A DNA stretch of 64,000 nucleotides from Acidobacteriota bacterium (GCA_965248695.1 CBDFKD010000002.1:1152001-1216000); one strand, 5' to 3'; positions 1 to 10,126 are shown, counted from the first letter of the stretch. The notes: generated from the sequence alone by a model not told the origin. Program-made: numbers and translations.

Positions 1-780
1 GCCGTCGCGTGGCCCGATCGTGAGGCCGGGCGCGTCGATCTCGAGTCCGATACGAAGAACGAACAGGCGGGTATCCTCGTGAACGAGGAGGTAGCCTGGC
101 CCCTCGAACTCCCAGTCGACCCCGTAGTGTTCCTTCCAGTTCCTGTAGGCCCACGCCGGCACCTCGCGCTCTTCGGACAGGTCGGGAAAATACCGCCCGG
201 TCCAGCCGGTCCAATCGAGACCGAGCAGATCCTGCAGGCGCGCGCGCGACGCGCCCGAGGTCGGTGAAGCGAAGGTGTTGAACTCGGCGACGATATGCCC
301 ACCGCGGGCGCCGAAGCTCTCGACGGCGTCTACCTCGGCGTCTTTGAGTCCACCGTAGATCAGCGACGAGTAGTCGAGACCCGCCATGTTGGGGCGCTCG
401 CTCTCGTAGTCGCCGCGATAGACACCGTAGCTGTCGGCGAGATAGAGCAGGTTGGCGTTGGTGAGATCGCCGGGCACGAGATCCCGGCCGGTGCCATGAC
501 CCACGGCGTCATCGGGGTCCGGGCTGAAGCCGACGTAGTCGCTATCCAGACTCCATCCGCGGGAACCCGTAGGATGCGCCACCTTTTCGTGTCGCAGCAC
601 CCAGAACAGCGCTGCGTGCTCTCGATAGTCGGTGTGTGGCACGGTCTTGTCGACCACCAGCACCCGCCATGGGGAGGGGTCTTTGAGATACCAGCGCACC
701 GGGGACGCGACGCAGCTGAACACGGTCGCCAGCATCAGCCCGATTCCCAGCCAAAGGAAGATCCGACCCAGTACCTTCAT
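1..780 (-). CDS. Conserved hypothetical membrane-anchored protein, 3' end runs off the window
   Basis: Not in the ORF track. Manual translation from ATG 780: MKVLGRIFLWLGIGLMLATVFSC...VLVVDKTVPHTDYREHAALFWVL...LYLADSYGVY...IVAEFNTFASPT...WTGWTGRYFPDL. Open to position 1. ATGA overlap with the upstream gene's stop. Confidence 0.8.
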   Translation of the reverse strand, partial: MKVLGRIFLWLGIGLMLATVFSCVASPVRWYLKDPSPWRVLVVDKTVPHTDYREHAALFWVLRHEKVAHPTGSRGWSLDSDYVGFSPDPDDAVGHGTGRDLVPGDLTNANLLYLADSYGVYRGDYESERPNMAGLDYSSLIYGGLKDAEVDAVESFGARGGHIVAEFNTFASPTSGASRARLQDLLGLDWTGWTGRYFPDLSEEREVPAWAYRNWKEHYGVDWEFEGPGYLLVHEDTRLFVLRIGLEIDAPGLTIGPRDG

Positions 781-1451
781 GAGGTCCCCCCCTCGATCAA
801 CCGTAGTCGGACCGTAACCTCCGTTCCGTCTGCAGGCAACACGCCGGGGCGCACCGTGAAATGGGGTCCGCCAGCGACGAAGTCGCGCACCGTGTACCGT
901 GCGTTGCCCACCTTGCTGCCGGGGCACGAGTACAGACAAACGACACAGCCCGAGTGCCAGGCATCGATGTTGGTGCGATGGCCGCCGAAGCGCATGTCGA
1001 AGCCGCGCGCTCCAGCGTCGACGAGGATGTCGGCGAGCGCCAACGGAGATTCCGTGCCCGGCAACAGGAACTCCAGCTCGACCTGCGGACCCTCGATCAT
1101 CTGATCAGGCGCTTGCGTGTCGTTGTCGTACCGTTGCTCCCAGGAATCGATCGCCAGCGCATTGCCCGGCAAGGCGCCGAGCGACTCGAGCGCATCGATC
1201 ACCTGAACATCCGTGACGCTGGCGAGAAATAGCGCGTGGTCGATAGCACCGCCGCCGCGCCACACAATCAGGTGGTAGCCGGCCATGTCGCCTTGGCCGA
1301 AGGCAGTCGATTGGACGGTGGCGGGAAACGCGATTGCACTGCTGCTGACGATGTCGACGGTGCCGCCCGGTTCCGGTGCACACGAGGTTGCGCCTAGGGT
1401 CAGTGCAAGCACGGCAACCGTCAGCCAGCTGTGGTGGGGGCGTAGTCTCAA
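777..1451 (-). CDS. YdjY-like Cys-cluster lipoprotein
   Basis: Signal peptide with lipobox (LGATSC). Motifs HLIVWRGG, ALESLGALPGN and SGCVVCLYSCP resemble E. coli YdjY. TTG start at ~1451 is an estimate. Confidence 0.65.
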   Translation of the reverse strand: MRLRPHHSWLTVAVLALTLGATSCAPEPGGTVDIVSSSAIAFPATVQSTAFGQGDMAGYHLIVWRGGGAIDHALFLASVTDVQVIDALESLGALPGNALAIDSWEQRYDNDTQAPDQMIEGPQVELEFLLPGTESPLALADILVDAGARGFDMRFGGHRTNIDAWHSGCVVCLYSCPGSKVGNARYTVRDFVAGGPHFTVRPGVLPADGTEVTVRLRLIEGGTS

Positions 1452-1509
1452 GACAGTCTTCTCTCGTGGCAGGCGTTCCGTCCAGGTCAATACTAGGCTG
1501 TCGGAAGCG

Positions 1510-1941
1510 ATGTTCGAATCACTGTTCTTGGAATCGGCGTTTGTCGTCCTGGTACTGGCCGGCCTGACGATCGCCACGTACTTCACGGCCGTGAGGTACC
1601 ACTGGATGCGACCGGATCCCGGTTGGATCCCGCCGGTGTGTCGACTCGACGAGGGCACCTGCGAGGCGGTGGTGTTCACTCCGCAGGCAAGGGTGTTCGG
1701 GGTGCCCAACTCGTTGCTGGGACAGGCCTATTATCTGGCCTTGCTGGTGGGTGTGTTGCGAGGTGTTGCCCTGCAGCCGCCGTGGGTGTTCGGCTATCTG
1801 GCGCTGGCGGCTACGACGGTGGCGCTGGCAGCGTACCTGTCGTACGCGCTCATCTACGTGCTTCGCGTGCGCTGCACGCTGTGTTTTGCCAGTCACGCGA
1901 TCAACTTCATTCTCTTCCTGCTGTTGGCCTCCAGCCTGTAG
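1510..1941 (+). CDS. Vitamin K epoxide reductase (VKOR) family protein
   Basis: Loop cysteines C..C, ARVFGVPNSLLG motif, C-terminal CTLC, about 4 TM helices. Confidence 0.85.
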   Translation: MFESLFLESAFVVLVLAGLTIATYFTAVRYHWMRPDPGWIPPVCRLDEGTCEAVVFTPQARVFGVPNSLLGQAYYLALLVGVLRGVALQPPWVFGYLALAATTVALAAYLSYALIYVLRVRCTLCFASHAINFILFLLLASSL

Positions 1942-2919
1942 CTACTGCACCAGCAGATCTGCCAGTGCGAGCGACACCAGACCGACGGTCACCCCCGCCA
2001 GCAGGTCGACCACGTAGTGGTAGCGTCCGTACACCGTGCTCACGAACATCAACCCGCCGATCACGATACCGACGATCGCGCCGGTCTCGCCCCAGACTCG
2101 CCAGCACCAGACCATGAAGACGACGCAAGTCGAGCTGTGAGCGCTCGGCATTGCTCCTCCCTTGTGCGCCGTCGAGCTCCACATCACGCGGTTCGTCCAA
2201 TCGCTAATCAGGTAGCCGGTCAGTCGCCGCTCGGTCTCGGGTAGCAGTCCCTCCGAGACCAGGGCCCACCGCGGGCCCCAGAGCGGAACCCACGGGTACG
2301 CCGAGTAGCTGATCGCGTATCCCAGGCACACGGCTAGCGCCATCGCCTCGAAGCGGCGATAGTCCCCGGCAGCGTAGAGCGCGATGCCGAGCACTGGCGT
2401 GTAGAGCAGGTAAAGCCAGTAGGAGATGTTCATGAGCTCGGTCATCCATGGGGGTCGACCGCGCGCCAGCCAGACGCTGGGGTTGCCGAGCCAGCGCTGC
2501 TCGATGTCGATCAGCGGACGATCGTAGGAGAACTCTGGTGCGTGGAACAGGTGCAGCGTGTGTCCTGCCCATGTGTAGGCCCACCAGAAGTAGAGGATTG
2601 GAAACCACAGGCGCGCGAACAAGAGCACAGCCGAGCCCGGCGCATCTCCCTGTCCGGCCGTTGCCAACCCGAAGAACCCGATGGCGACCATCAGGTTGAC
2701 GATGTGGATGCGTCCGCGGTTGGCGGCCGGCCTGCGAGCGAGCAGGTGGTGCAGGGAGTTCACCGCCGCGAACGGAATCGTCAGCAAGCAAAGAAGGGTG
2801 CCGATCTGCAAGACAGGAAGCTCCGCGAGACAGGCTCGAACCGGGCGCGAGCGCGCCGCCGATTCTAGTCGCTGTGCGCCGACGGGGTGCCCGGTCAGCT
2901 CGACGGATATGCGTAACAA
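1942..2919 (-). CDS. PAP2-family membrane phosphatase/phosphotransferase (PAP2_3/Aur1-like); true start probably downstream
   Basis: GAMPSAHS and GRYHYVVDLLAG motifs, multiple TM helices. Confidence 0.8.
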   Translation of the reverse strand: MLRISVELTGHPVGAQRLESAARSRPVRACLAELPVLQIGTLLCLLTIPFAAVNSLHHLLARRPAANRGRIHIVNLMVAIGFFGLATAGQGDAPGSAVLLFARLWFPILYFWWAYTWAGHTLHLFHAPEFSYDRPLIDIEQRWLGNPSVWLARGRPPWMTELMNISYWLYLLYTPVLGIALYAAGDYRRFEAMALAVCLGYAISYSAYPWVPLWGPRWALVSEGLLPETERRLTGYLISDWTNRVMWSSTAHKGGAMPSAHSSTCVVFMVWCWRVWGETGAIVGIVIGGLMFVSTVYGRYHYVVDLLAGVTVGLVSLALADLLVQ

Positions 2920-3087
2920 GACCCACGAAAGAGCTGTGCCGGACGAAGCGTCACCATGGGAGACAGCGTATGTGCCTGGACAGCGCTCTGCGGTCTTACT
3001 AACCTGAGTGGGAGATACGGGGCGTTCGATACCATTTGCTGCGCGGGCCCGGGGGCGGCTGGCGTGGCGCGACAGATCGGGGTGGGA

Positions 3088-3933
3088 ATGCTCGACTCGC
3101 GGCGGAATTGTGCGGCGGCGCTCTGTCTCCTTGGCATGCTGGTGATTAGCGGGCCGGCCCTGGCGCAGGATCTCAGCGTCGCTGCGCCGAGTAAGGCCTG
3201 GACGAACGAAGCACAGCTAGCGTTCGTCAACGCGTCGGGAAACAGCTCTGGAACGACGCTGGCGGTAACCGATCGGTTCACCTTCAACGGCGACTTTTCT
3301 GAGCTCATCATCTTCGGTGAGATCTATCGCGCCACCTCGACCCAGCGTGCGCTGACGAACCGACCGAACGGAACGGTACGGGAAACGCTCACCAGCGAGA
3401 CAATTGCCCAGCGCTACGAGTTCGGTGTGAAGTACCGCCAGAATTTCATGGGCAACATCTTCTGGTACCTCGGCGGTGATTGGTTTCGGGACCGCGCTGC
3501 CGGCATTGAAAACCGGGTTACCGGCCACGGCGGACTCGGACTTCGGTTCGTCGAGAACACCGGCGCGACCGTCGTCGGCGAGGCCGGCATAGCAATGGCA
3601 CGTGAGACCGAGGTTTCGGCTCCGCAAGACACCTACGTCGCCGGGCGGCTTGGTCTCGACGTCAAGTTGGGGCTCTCCTCCACCGCTGACCTCACGATCG
3701 GCGGCGAGTTCCTCGCTAATCTGCAGGAAACCTCCGACTACCGGTTCAACGGCCGCGCGGCGATTACGGCACACATGAGTCAGCTGTTCGCGCTGCGCTT
3801 CAGTGGCATCCTGCGCACCGACAATGTGCCGCCGATTCTGCTGGTCGATACCAATCCCGCCAATCCGCCGGCGCCGTTCATCGTCGGGCGCAGCGACCGG
3901 TTGATCATCGGCTCGGTAGTGATGACGTTCTAG
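3088..3933 (+). CDS. DUF481/YdiY-family outer-membrane beta-barrel
   Basis: Signal peptide, ASGNS motif, alternating beta strands, terminal Phe. Confidence 0.75.
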   Translation: MLDSRRNCAAALCLLGMLVISGPALAQDLSVAAPSKAWTNEAQLAFVNASGNSSGTTLAVTDRFTFNGDFSELIIFGEIYRATSTQRALTNRPNGTVRETLTSETIAQRYEFGVKYRQNFMGNIFWYLGGDWFRDRAAGIENRVTGHGGLGLRFVENTGATVVGEAGIAMARETEVSAPQDTYVAGRLGLDVKLGLSSTADLTIGGEFLANLQETSDYRFNGRAAITAHMSQLFALRFSGILRTDNVPPILLVDTNPANPPAPFIVGRSDRLIIGSVVMTF

Positions 3934-4086
3934 TGGCCTGTAACAGATGAACGTTTGATCCGCAGGTCTTGGTCGTCGTGGGAGGGCCGCCGATTAGGGT
4001 CGACCACACCGGCGGCATACAATATTGCCGAGTCGGGCCGCCGCCCGGTGATCGCCCCCAACCCCGTACCGTGGCGAGGAAACCGC

Positions 4087-4695
4087 ATGTCCGAATGTTC
4101 TTCCTGCGTCCGTCGATTGCTTCTGATGCTGGTTGCTCTGGTGGCGATCGGTTGCGGGCCGAGGGAGCTGGGCACCCCGACCGCTGATGAGATCGAGGTG
4201 CTACTGGACAGCACGTTCCCGCGCGCGGCCGGACAGGTTGAGGTGCGCGACATCGAGAGAACCGAGGGCCACGTCCGCGCACGTGCCGATTACGCCGGCT
4301 CCGATGTCACGCTGTTCCTGGTGGCCGGGGAATCGACCTGGATCGTCGACGGTGCCGAGATGGGGAGCAATACTTACACCACCGAACAACTGCACTCGAT
4401 CGGCGATTCGTTGGCACTGATGCAGGAGGTCTCCGACGCGCTGGCGGTATTCCGCGCCGAAACCGGAGCGTATCCTCGGCTCGAGGATCTGGTGGGCTTG
4501 GGCGATCTCGTGCCAGATTACTACTCTCCACCGGAGACCGGCTTCGTCGACGGCTGGGGAAACGGCCTGCGCTACAGGACGCAAGCCGACGAGTACACCC
4601 TGACCTCGGACGGGCCCGACGGGCGCGGCGGCACTACCGATGATCTGTTCCTCATCACCGGTCCTGGCGAGGAAGCGGCGAGCCCGACGCAGTAG
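4087..4695 (+). CDS. Lipoprotein with C-terminal GspG (T2SS pseudopilin)-like domain
   Basis: Lipobox VAIGC; G.YP and DGWGNGLRY...YTLTSDGPDGRGGTTDD motifs. Confidence 0.7.
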   Translation: MSECSSCVRRLLLMLVALVAIGCGPRELGTPTADEIEVLLDSTFPRAAGQVEVRDIERTEGHVRARADYAGSDVTLFLVAGESTWIVDGAEMGSNTYTTEQLHSIGDSLALMQEVSDALAVFRAETGAYPRLEDLVGLGDLVPDYYSPPETGFVDGWGNGLRYRTQADEYTLTSDGPDGRGGTTDDLFLITGPGEEAASPTQ

Positions 4696-4698
4696 TCG

Positions 4699-5187
4699 CT
4701 AGCCGGACTCCGTCCCCTCGGCACCGTCGTCGCGGAGCTTTCTGAAGAACGCGCGCAGAATCTCGCCGCATTCGTCGTCGTGTGTCGCGTGGTGCACCTC
4801 ACGCAGGTGCGGCGCTAGCGCCGGATCGGGGAGCTGGATAGCGGAGCCACAGGCGCCGAGGCGTGGATCCCGTGCACCGTAGACGAGGCATTCGACGCGG
4901 GCCAGGATGATGGCGCCCAGGCACATCGAGCAGGGCTCCAGCGTTACCACCAGTGTCGAGCCATCGAGGCGCCAGTCGCCGGCGATACGGCCAGCCTCTC
5001 GCAGCGCCAGAATCTCGGCGTGTGCCGACGGGTCATCGAGCTGTTCGGTGCGGTTGTGGCCGACCGCGATGAGCTCGCCGCCGCGCAACACAACGGCGCC
5101 GACCGGCACCTCGCCCTCCTCCTCCGCCTCGTTCGCCTGCACGATCGCCAGGCGCATCCACGCGTCGATGTCGAGGTGGCTCGTCAT
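4699..5187 (-). CDS. tadA: tRNA adenosine(34) deaminase
   Basis: EVPVGAV, HAE, TLEPCSMC and GARDP motifs; adjacent to tRNA-Arg(ACG). Confidence 0.92.
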   Translation of the reverse strand: MTSHLDIDAWMRLAIVQANEAEEEGEVPVGAVVLRGGELIAVGHNRTEQLDDPSAHAEILALREAGRIAGDWRLDGSTLVVTLEPCSMCLGAIILARVECLVYGARDPRLGACGSAIQLPDPALAPHLREVHHATHDDECGEILRAFFRKLRDDGAEGTESG

Positions 5188-5233
5188 GCGGAGCAGACCA
5201 TCAGACTTCCCCGCGGTCTGCTGGAGAATGAGG

Positions 5234-5307
5234 CGCGCCCCGGAGGACTCGAACCTCCAACCTCCTGGTCCGTAGCCAGACGCTCTGTCCAATTGAGCTA
5301 GGGGCGC
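5234..5307 (-). tRNA. tRNA-Arg(ACG)
   Basis: GCGCCCC/GGGGCGC acceptor stem, D-arm TAGCTCAATTGGACAGAGC, anticodon arm TCTGG-CTACGGA-CCAGG, T-loop GGTTCGAGTCC; followed by CCT, so full CCA is not encoded. Confidence 0.97.
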
Positions 5308-5446
5308 ACCTGAATAACGCTCGAACCGAGTCGGCAAGCATAGCACCGTGGTTTTGGGCCGGCAAAACGTGTTCGCCTACCGTCTGCCGGCTGCGGTGGT
5401 GAGTTGCCCGGGCCCTGCTAAGCTAAGCACAGGGGGTGGGTTCAAG

Positions 5447-6271
5447 ATGCGATCAAGACTCTTGATCTGCTTGCTCGCCGTGGTGGTGTCGGCGGCAGCG
5501 CCGGCGCAGTCCGAGCTCGACACACGGCTACGTATGGCAGTGTCCAAGCTCGAGCAGGGCGACGCGATACACGCTCTCCTCGACCTCGAGGCCATCCTCG
5601 CCCGCGACGATCGCTACTGGCCGGCGTATTACCACCTGGGGCGCACGCAGGTACAGCTGGGCGATGATCTCGGCGCCAAGGGTTCGTTCCTCCGCGCCGC
5701 GGAGCTCAACCCCGGCCTGCCGGAGTTGCACTACCTCATCGCCACCGTGGGATGGCAGCTGGCCGACTTCGAGGTCGCCTGGACGCATGGAATCGCGGCC
5801 ATCCAGGCTGGCTACGATCAGCGCCTTGTCGAGCAGGTGTTCAAGGAGCTACGGCACTATTCCGACGAGCCGGCCGATCTGGCGCGGCGTCTGGCGGCAC
5901 CTCGCGTGGTGGTGCTCGAACCCGCAGACAATGCCGACGGTGCCGATGGGGGTGGCCGCGACGCCGCGCTAGCGGCGGTAGCGCGCGAGCTGCGAACGGC
6001 GATTTTCCGCTCGCTGGAGCTGGCCTCGGTGCAAGACGCCGGCCTGGCCGGGTATCGAGTCGAGCTCGAGCACCGTGATCCTGAGCCATCCGACGAGCTC
6101 CCGGTGCCCGGTGTCACCACATCTTCATTCGGTGTGGTGCTTGTCGCCGTGGCCGATGGCGCGCAGCTTGCCGACTATGTCGTGCATCTCGCCGGCGCGC
6201 CGGACGAGCCGCAGTCGATGTTCGAGATCAGCCATCTGGTTGCAAAGTTCGAGACGGTCATCGATCGCTAG
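5447..6271 (+). CDS. Secreted TPR-repeat protein
   Basis: Signal peptide; TPR motifs (AYYHLGR, AAELNP); paralog of 27666-28646. Confidence 0.75.
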   Translation: MRSRLLICLLAVVVSAAAPAQSELDTRLRMAVSKLEQGDAIHALLDLEAILARDDRYWPAYYHLGRTQVQLGDDLGAKGSFLRAAELNPGLPELHYLIATVGWQLADFEVAWTHGIAAIQAGYDQRLVEQVFKELRHYSDEPADLARRLAAPRVVVLEPADNADGADGGGRDAALAAVARELRTAIFRSLELASVQDAGLAGYRVELEHRDPEPSDELPVPGVTTSSFGVVLVAVADGAQLADYVVHLAGAPDEPQSMFEISHLVAKFETVIDR

Positions 6272-6310
6272 CCGGTCAGATCGACCGGCCAGTCCCGCAG
6301 GAGCCCAGCG

Positions 6311-7654
6311 GTGAGCACCGAGCCATACGCCACGCTGATTCGCGGCGGCACTTTGATCCTCCCGGACGGCGATACCGGCGTCCGCGCCGCGCCTGGCGAT
6401 CTGTTGATGGAAGGCGACCGGATCAGCCGCTTGGGAGTGGTCGACACCCCGCCCGAAGGTGCTCGTGTCATCTACGCCAGCGGCTGCGCCGTGCTGCCGG
6501 GCTTCGTACAGACGCACGTGCACCTCTGCCAGACGTTGTTTCGCGGCACCGCCGACGAGCTGCCGCTGCTGTCCTGGTTGCGCGAGCGCATCTGGCCGCT
6601 CGAGGCGGCGCACACTCCGCAGTCGATTCGCGCCAGTGCCCGGCTGGCGGTGGCGGAGTTGCTGCTCAGCGGTACGACGGCGGTCCAGACGATGGAGTCG
6701 GTGCACCATACCGGCGTCGTCATCGAGGTGCTGGCGGAGTCCGGAATGTTCGCGGTCACCGGCAAGTGCCTGATGGACGATCCCGCAACCTGTCCGCCGG
6801 AGCTACTCCAGCCCACCGAGACGGCGCTGCGCGAGGCGGTCGATCTTGCGGAATGGTGGGACGGAACGGCGCATGGACGTATCCGGATATGTCTCGCCCC
6901 GCGCTTTGCGGTGAGTTGCACAGACGCGTGCATGAGCGAGGTGGGCGAGCTGGCGTTGGCGGGCGGGTGGCGAGTGCACACGCACGCCTCGGAGAACCGC
7001 GACGAGGTGACGCTGGTCGAGCAACGGACGGGTCGGCGCAACGTCGGCTACCTCCACGACGTCGGCATCGCCGGCTCGCACGTGGGTCTGGCCCACTGCA
7101 TCTGGGTGGACGACGACGAGGTCGATACGCTGGCCCGCACGGGCACCCACGTGCTGCACTGCCCCGGCAGCAACTGCATGCTGGGCTCCGGCATCGCCCC
7201 CGTACCTCTCTTGCTGGAGCGTGGCATAGGCGTGAGCCTCGGTGCAGACGGCGCCGCTTGCAACAACACACTCGACATGTTCCGCGAGATGCGGCTGGCG
7301 ACGATGCTGCAGAAATCGGTGCACGGCCCGCTCGCCCTGCCTGCCTCGACGTTGCTCGACATGGCCACTCGTCGTGGCGCCGAAGCGCTCGGCTGGGGAA
7401 GGGAGATGGGCGCCCTCGTGCCTGGTTCGATCGCCAACGTCGTCCTCGTCAGCCTCGACGGCACTCACGCCACTCCGGCACCCGACCCACTCTCGACGCT
7501 GGTGTACTGCTGCCGGAGTGCCGACATCCGTGCCGTGTGGCTTGCCGGCGAGCAGGTAGTCTCCGAGGGTCGTCTGTCGCTGTGGGACGAGGAGGAGATC
7601 CGACGCGAGGCGCATCTCGAGGCACGAGCGCTGGTGGTACGGGCCGGCGTATGA
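6311..7654 (+). CDS. Amidohydrolase, MtaD/DadD-like (MTA/SAH/5'-deoxyadenosine deaminase)
   Basis: PGFVQTHVH, HTHASE, AHC, HCPGSN and GADG metal-binding motifs. Confidence 0.85.
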   Translation: MSTEPYATLIRGGTLILPDGDTGVRAAPGDLLMEGDRISRLGVVDTPPEGARVIYASGCAVLPGFVQTHVHLCQTLFRGTADELPLLSWLRERIWPLEAAHTPQSIRASARLAVAELLLSGTTAVQTMESVHHTGVVIEVLAESGMFAVTGKCLMDDPATCPPELLQPTETALREAVDLAEWWDGTAHGRIRICLAPRFAVSCTDACMSEVGELALAGGWRVHTHASENRDEVTLVEQRTGRRNVGYLHDVGIAGSHVGLAHCIWVDDDEVDTLARTGTHVLHCPGSNCMLGSGIAPVPLLLERGIGVSLGADGAACNNTLDMFREMRLATMLQKSVHGPLALPASTLLDMATRRGAEALGWGREMGALVPGSIANVVLVSLDGTHATPAPDPLSTLVYCCRSADIRAVWLAGEQVVSEGRLSLWDEEEIRREAHLEARALVVRAGV

Positions 7655-7777
7655 CGCCGGGTCGGAGGAGGAGGCCGAGCGCGATCTTCTAGGACCCGCT
7701 GCCCCGAGCGTCGCGATCTAGCTCTGCGGACCCACGACGGGGAAAGCCTCCCGCGAGTCTCTCGTATGCGGATCCGG

Positions 7778-10126
7778 CTAGGGCGGTTGCTCGAGGCTCC
7801 GTATCAACTCCAGCGCCTGGGGATCCTGGGGCGACAGGGCGAGTAGCCGTCGTGCGTACCCAATCGCGCGCTCCCGGTCGCCGGCGTCGCGCGCGAAGGT
7901 TGCCAGGGCGACCAGGATGTCGCGATCGCTCGGGAATCGCTCGTGGGCTGCTTCTAGCACCTCCAGCGCACCTTCGACGTCGCCGGACGAGTGCACACCG
8001 ACACCGAGCACGTAGGCATAGCGAGCGACACTCGGTGCCAGCTCGGCAGCGCGCTGCAAAGGAGCGAGAGCGTCGCCCTGGCGTTGCTGCCGTACCAGCG
8101 TCAGCCCGAGGCTGTGGTGAAGGGTGGCCTCCTCGGGCAGTAGCTCGATGGCGCCACGGAGGACGCGCTCACCTTCGCTGTCACGTCCCTGGGCGCGGTA
8201 CAAGTCGGCGAGGTTGAGATAGGCAGGGGCGAATGTCGGGTCGAGCCGGAGCGCCTGCCGATAGTGGCCTTCCGAACCAGATGCATCGCTGCGCACGAGG
8301 GCCAGCCAGCCCAGGTTCGTTTGCCCCTCAGGACTGTCGGCGTGAAACGACTGGGTGCGCTCGTACTCCGCCAGCGCTTGCTGCAGCGCCGACCGGTATT
8401 CCGCCGGTATCGCCTCGGACGGAATCGGGCCGAGAGCATATGCGGCGGCGAGACGAGTGGAGAGGTTCGGGTCGCGCAGCATCGGTGCCAGAACGCCGGC
8501 GATGGCACGTTGGTCAAGGCCTCCAAGCGCAGCAACCGCGGCGCGGCGCACCAGCGGCTCGCGGTCGCGGAGCGCTTCCTGCACAGAACCGAATGACGCC
8601 TGTGTCAGGAACGGTGCCAGCAGCTCGAGGGCGGTGGCTCGCACGATCGCCGGGCTTTCTACGTTGTTCACCACTTGCAGGAGGCGCGGCTCCGACTCTC
8701 GATGGCCGGCGCGTGCTCCGGAGATCGCCGCCGCCCAGGTGGGGCCGCGCCTTCGTTCGTCCCCGTACAAGCGGCGGATCGCCGCGGACGCCCACGCCGC
8801 GCCTTCAGCGGCATGGCACGAGTCGCAGGCGTTGGGAACTCCGAGCGCGACGCTCTGGTCTGGCCGCGGAATACGGAAGCTGTGGTCTCGGCGGGGGTCG
8901 ACGACCATGTAGGTACTGGCCGGCATGTGGCACGAAACGCACCCGGCGGCCTCGGTGCCGATCTGGTGGAAGTGATGCTCCGGCGTGTCGAATGTAGCCG
9001 CCAGGTGACACTGGTTGCACAGCGCGTTGCCCTGAGCGTACACCCGCAGGCTGTGCGGTTCGTGGCAGTCGCTGCAGGTGACGCCGGCCTCGTACATGCG
9101 ACTCTGTACGAACGAGCCGTAGACGAACACTTCGTTGAGGATCTGCCCGTCGGCGTGATAGAGCCCGTCTTCCAGAAGCGCGATTCGGTGGGTATCAGCC
9201 AGAGGCGCGCCGAATTCGTAGTTGTCGGCCAGAGTGCCGCGGCGTGCGTGGCAGCGTCCGCACGTCTCGACCTCGGGCTGTGAGTCGCGCGCCGGTGTGC
9301 GGGTCGCCAGGCTGGTTGTCGCGTCGATGGTCCATGTCGGATTGCCATTGCTCAGGTCCACCACGAGCTGCGTCGCGGTGGCGTCGAGCTCACCAGCAGC
9401 CGGCTCGGCGTCGTCTTCGGCCGCGTCCGCCCATGCTGCGTGCCGCGATCCGGGGCCGTGACATGCCTCGCAGGAAACGTCGATCTCCGAGAAGGTGGTC
9501 TCGTAGCGCTGCTCGTCGGCGACGTAGCGCTTCTCGAGGTTGGTGGAGTGGCACTCGGCGCACATCCGGTTCCAGTTCTGGCTGACTCCGGTCCAATGCA
9601 GCGGATCGCCGGGCTTCAGAACCTGGTCCGGGTATAGGTCGAACCAGCGCTGCCCTCCAGAGGTCGCCGGCCGGCTATCCCAGGCGACACCGAGCGCCTG
9701 GTAGCGCCCCCCGGGCAAACCCACCAGGTACTGCTGCAGCGGCTCGACACCGAACGTGAACGCGATCGGGTAGTCGGTGAGCTCTCCGCCCGGACCTACT
9801 GTGCGCACCGAGTAGTTGTCTCCGACGCGAGAGAAACGGGTTTCCGTCCCGTCATGGACGAATGAGGCGTCGTTGAAGTCGCCGAGCACCGTGTCGGCAG
9901 AGACGTGCTGCATGGCGCGATCATGGTGCGAGCCGGTCCACTGGTCGTTCTGGCGCGCGTGGCACCCGGTGCAACGGGCGCGCCCGACGAAGGTTGCCGG
10001 GGATGGTTCCGGCGCGTCGCGGCTGACGGACGCCGGTTCCTCGACGCCGAAACCGCAAGCCGCGCACGCCAGGACAACTCCGATGACAATGGCGCTGCGC
10101 TCGGCAGATAGCTTGTCGTGTGACAT
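7778..10126 (-). CDS. Octaheme c-type cytochrome with HEAT and TPR repeats
   Basis: 8 CxxCH motifs (CTGCH, CAECH, CEACH, CGRCH, CSDCH, CNQCH, CVSCH, CDSCH); HEAT then TPR repeats in the C-terminal half. Confidence 0.9.
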   Translation of the reverse strand: MSHDKLSAERSAIVIGVVLACAACGFGVEEPASVSRDAPEPSPATFVGRARCTGCHARQNDQWTGSHHDRAMQHVSADTVLGDFNDASFVHDGTETRFSRVGDNYSVRTVGPGGELTDYPIAFTFGVEPLQQYLVGLPGGRYQALGVAWDSRPATSGGQRWFDLYPDQVLKPGDPLHWTGVSQNWNRMCAECHSTNLEKRYVADEQRYETTFSEIDVSCEACHGPGSRHAAWADAAEDDAEPAAGELDATATQLVVDLSNGNPTWTIDATTSLATRTPARDSQPEVETCGRCHARRGTLADNYEFGAPLADTHRIALLEDGLYHADGQILNEVFVYGSFVQSRMYEAGVTCSDCHEPHSLRVYAQGNALCNQCHLAATFDTPEHHFHQIGTEAAGCVSCHMPASTYMVVDPRRDHSFRIPRPDQSVALGVPNACDSCHAAEGAAWASAAIRRLYGDERRRGPTWAAAISGARAGHRESEPRLLQVVNNVESPAIVRATALELLAPFLTQASFGSVQEALRDREPLVRRAAVAALGGLDQRAIAGVLAPMLRDPNLSTRLAAAYALGPIPSEAIPAEYRSALQQALAEYERTQSFHADSPEGQTNLGWLALVRSDASGSEGHYRQALRLDPTFAPAYLNLADLYRAQGRDSEGERVLRGAIELLPEEATLHHSLGLTLVRQQRQGDALAPLQRAAELAPSVARYAYVLGVGVHSSGDVEGALEVLEAAHERFPSDRDILVALATFARDAGDRERAIGYARRLLALSPQDPQALELIRSLEQPP

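Noticed and set aside
5232-5307. tRNA as an island integration site
   Set aside because: No duplicated tRNA 3' end or integrase noticed in the window
5188-5346. N-terminal extension of TadA in the ORF track
   Set aside because: It runs through the tRNA gene; ATG 5187 fits normal TadA length
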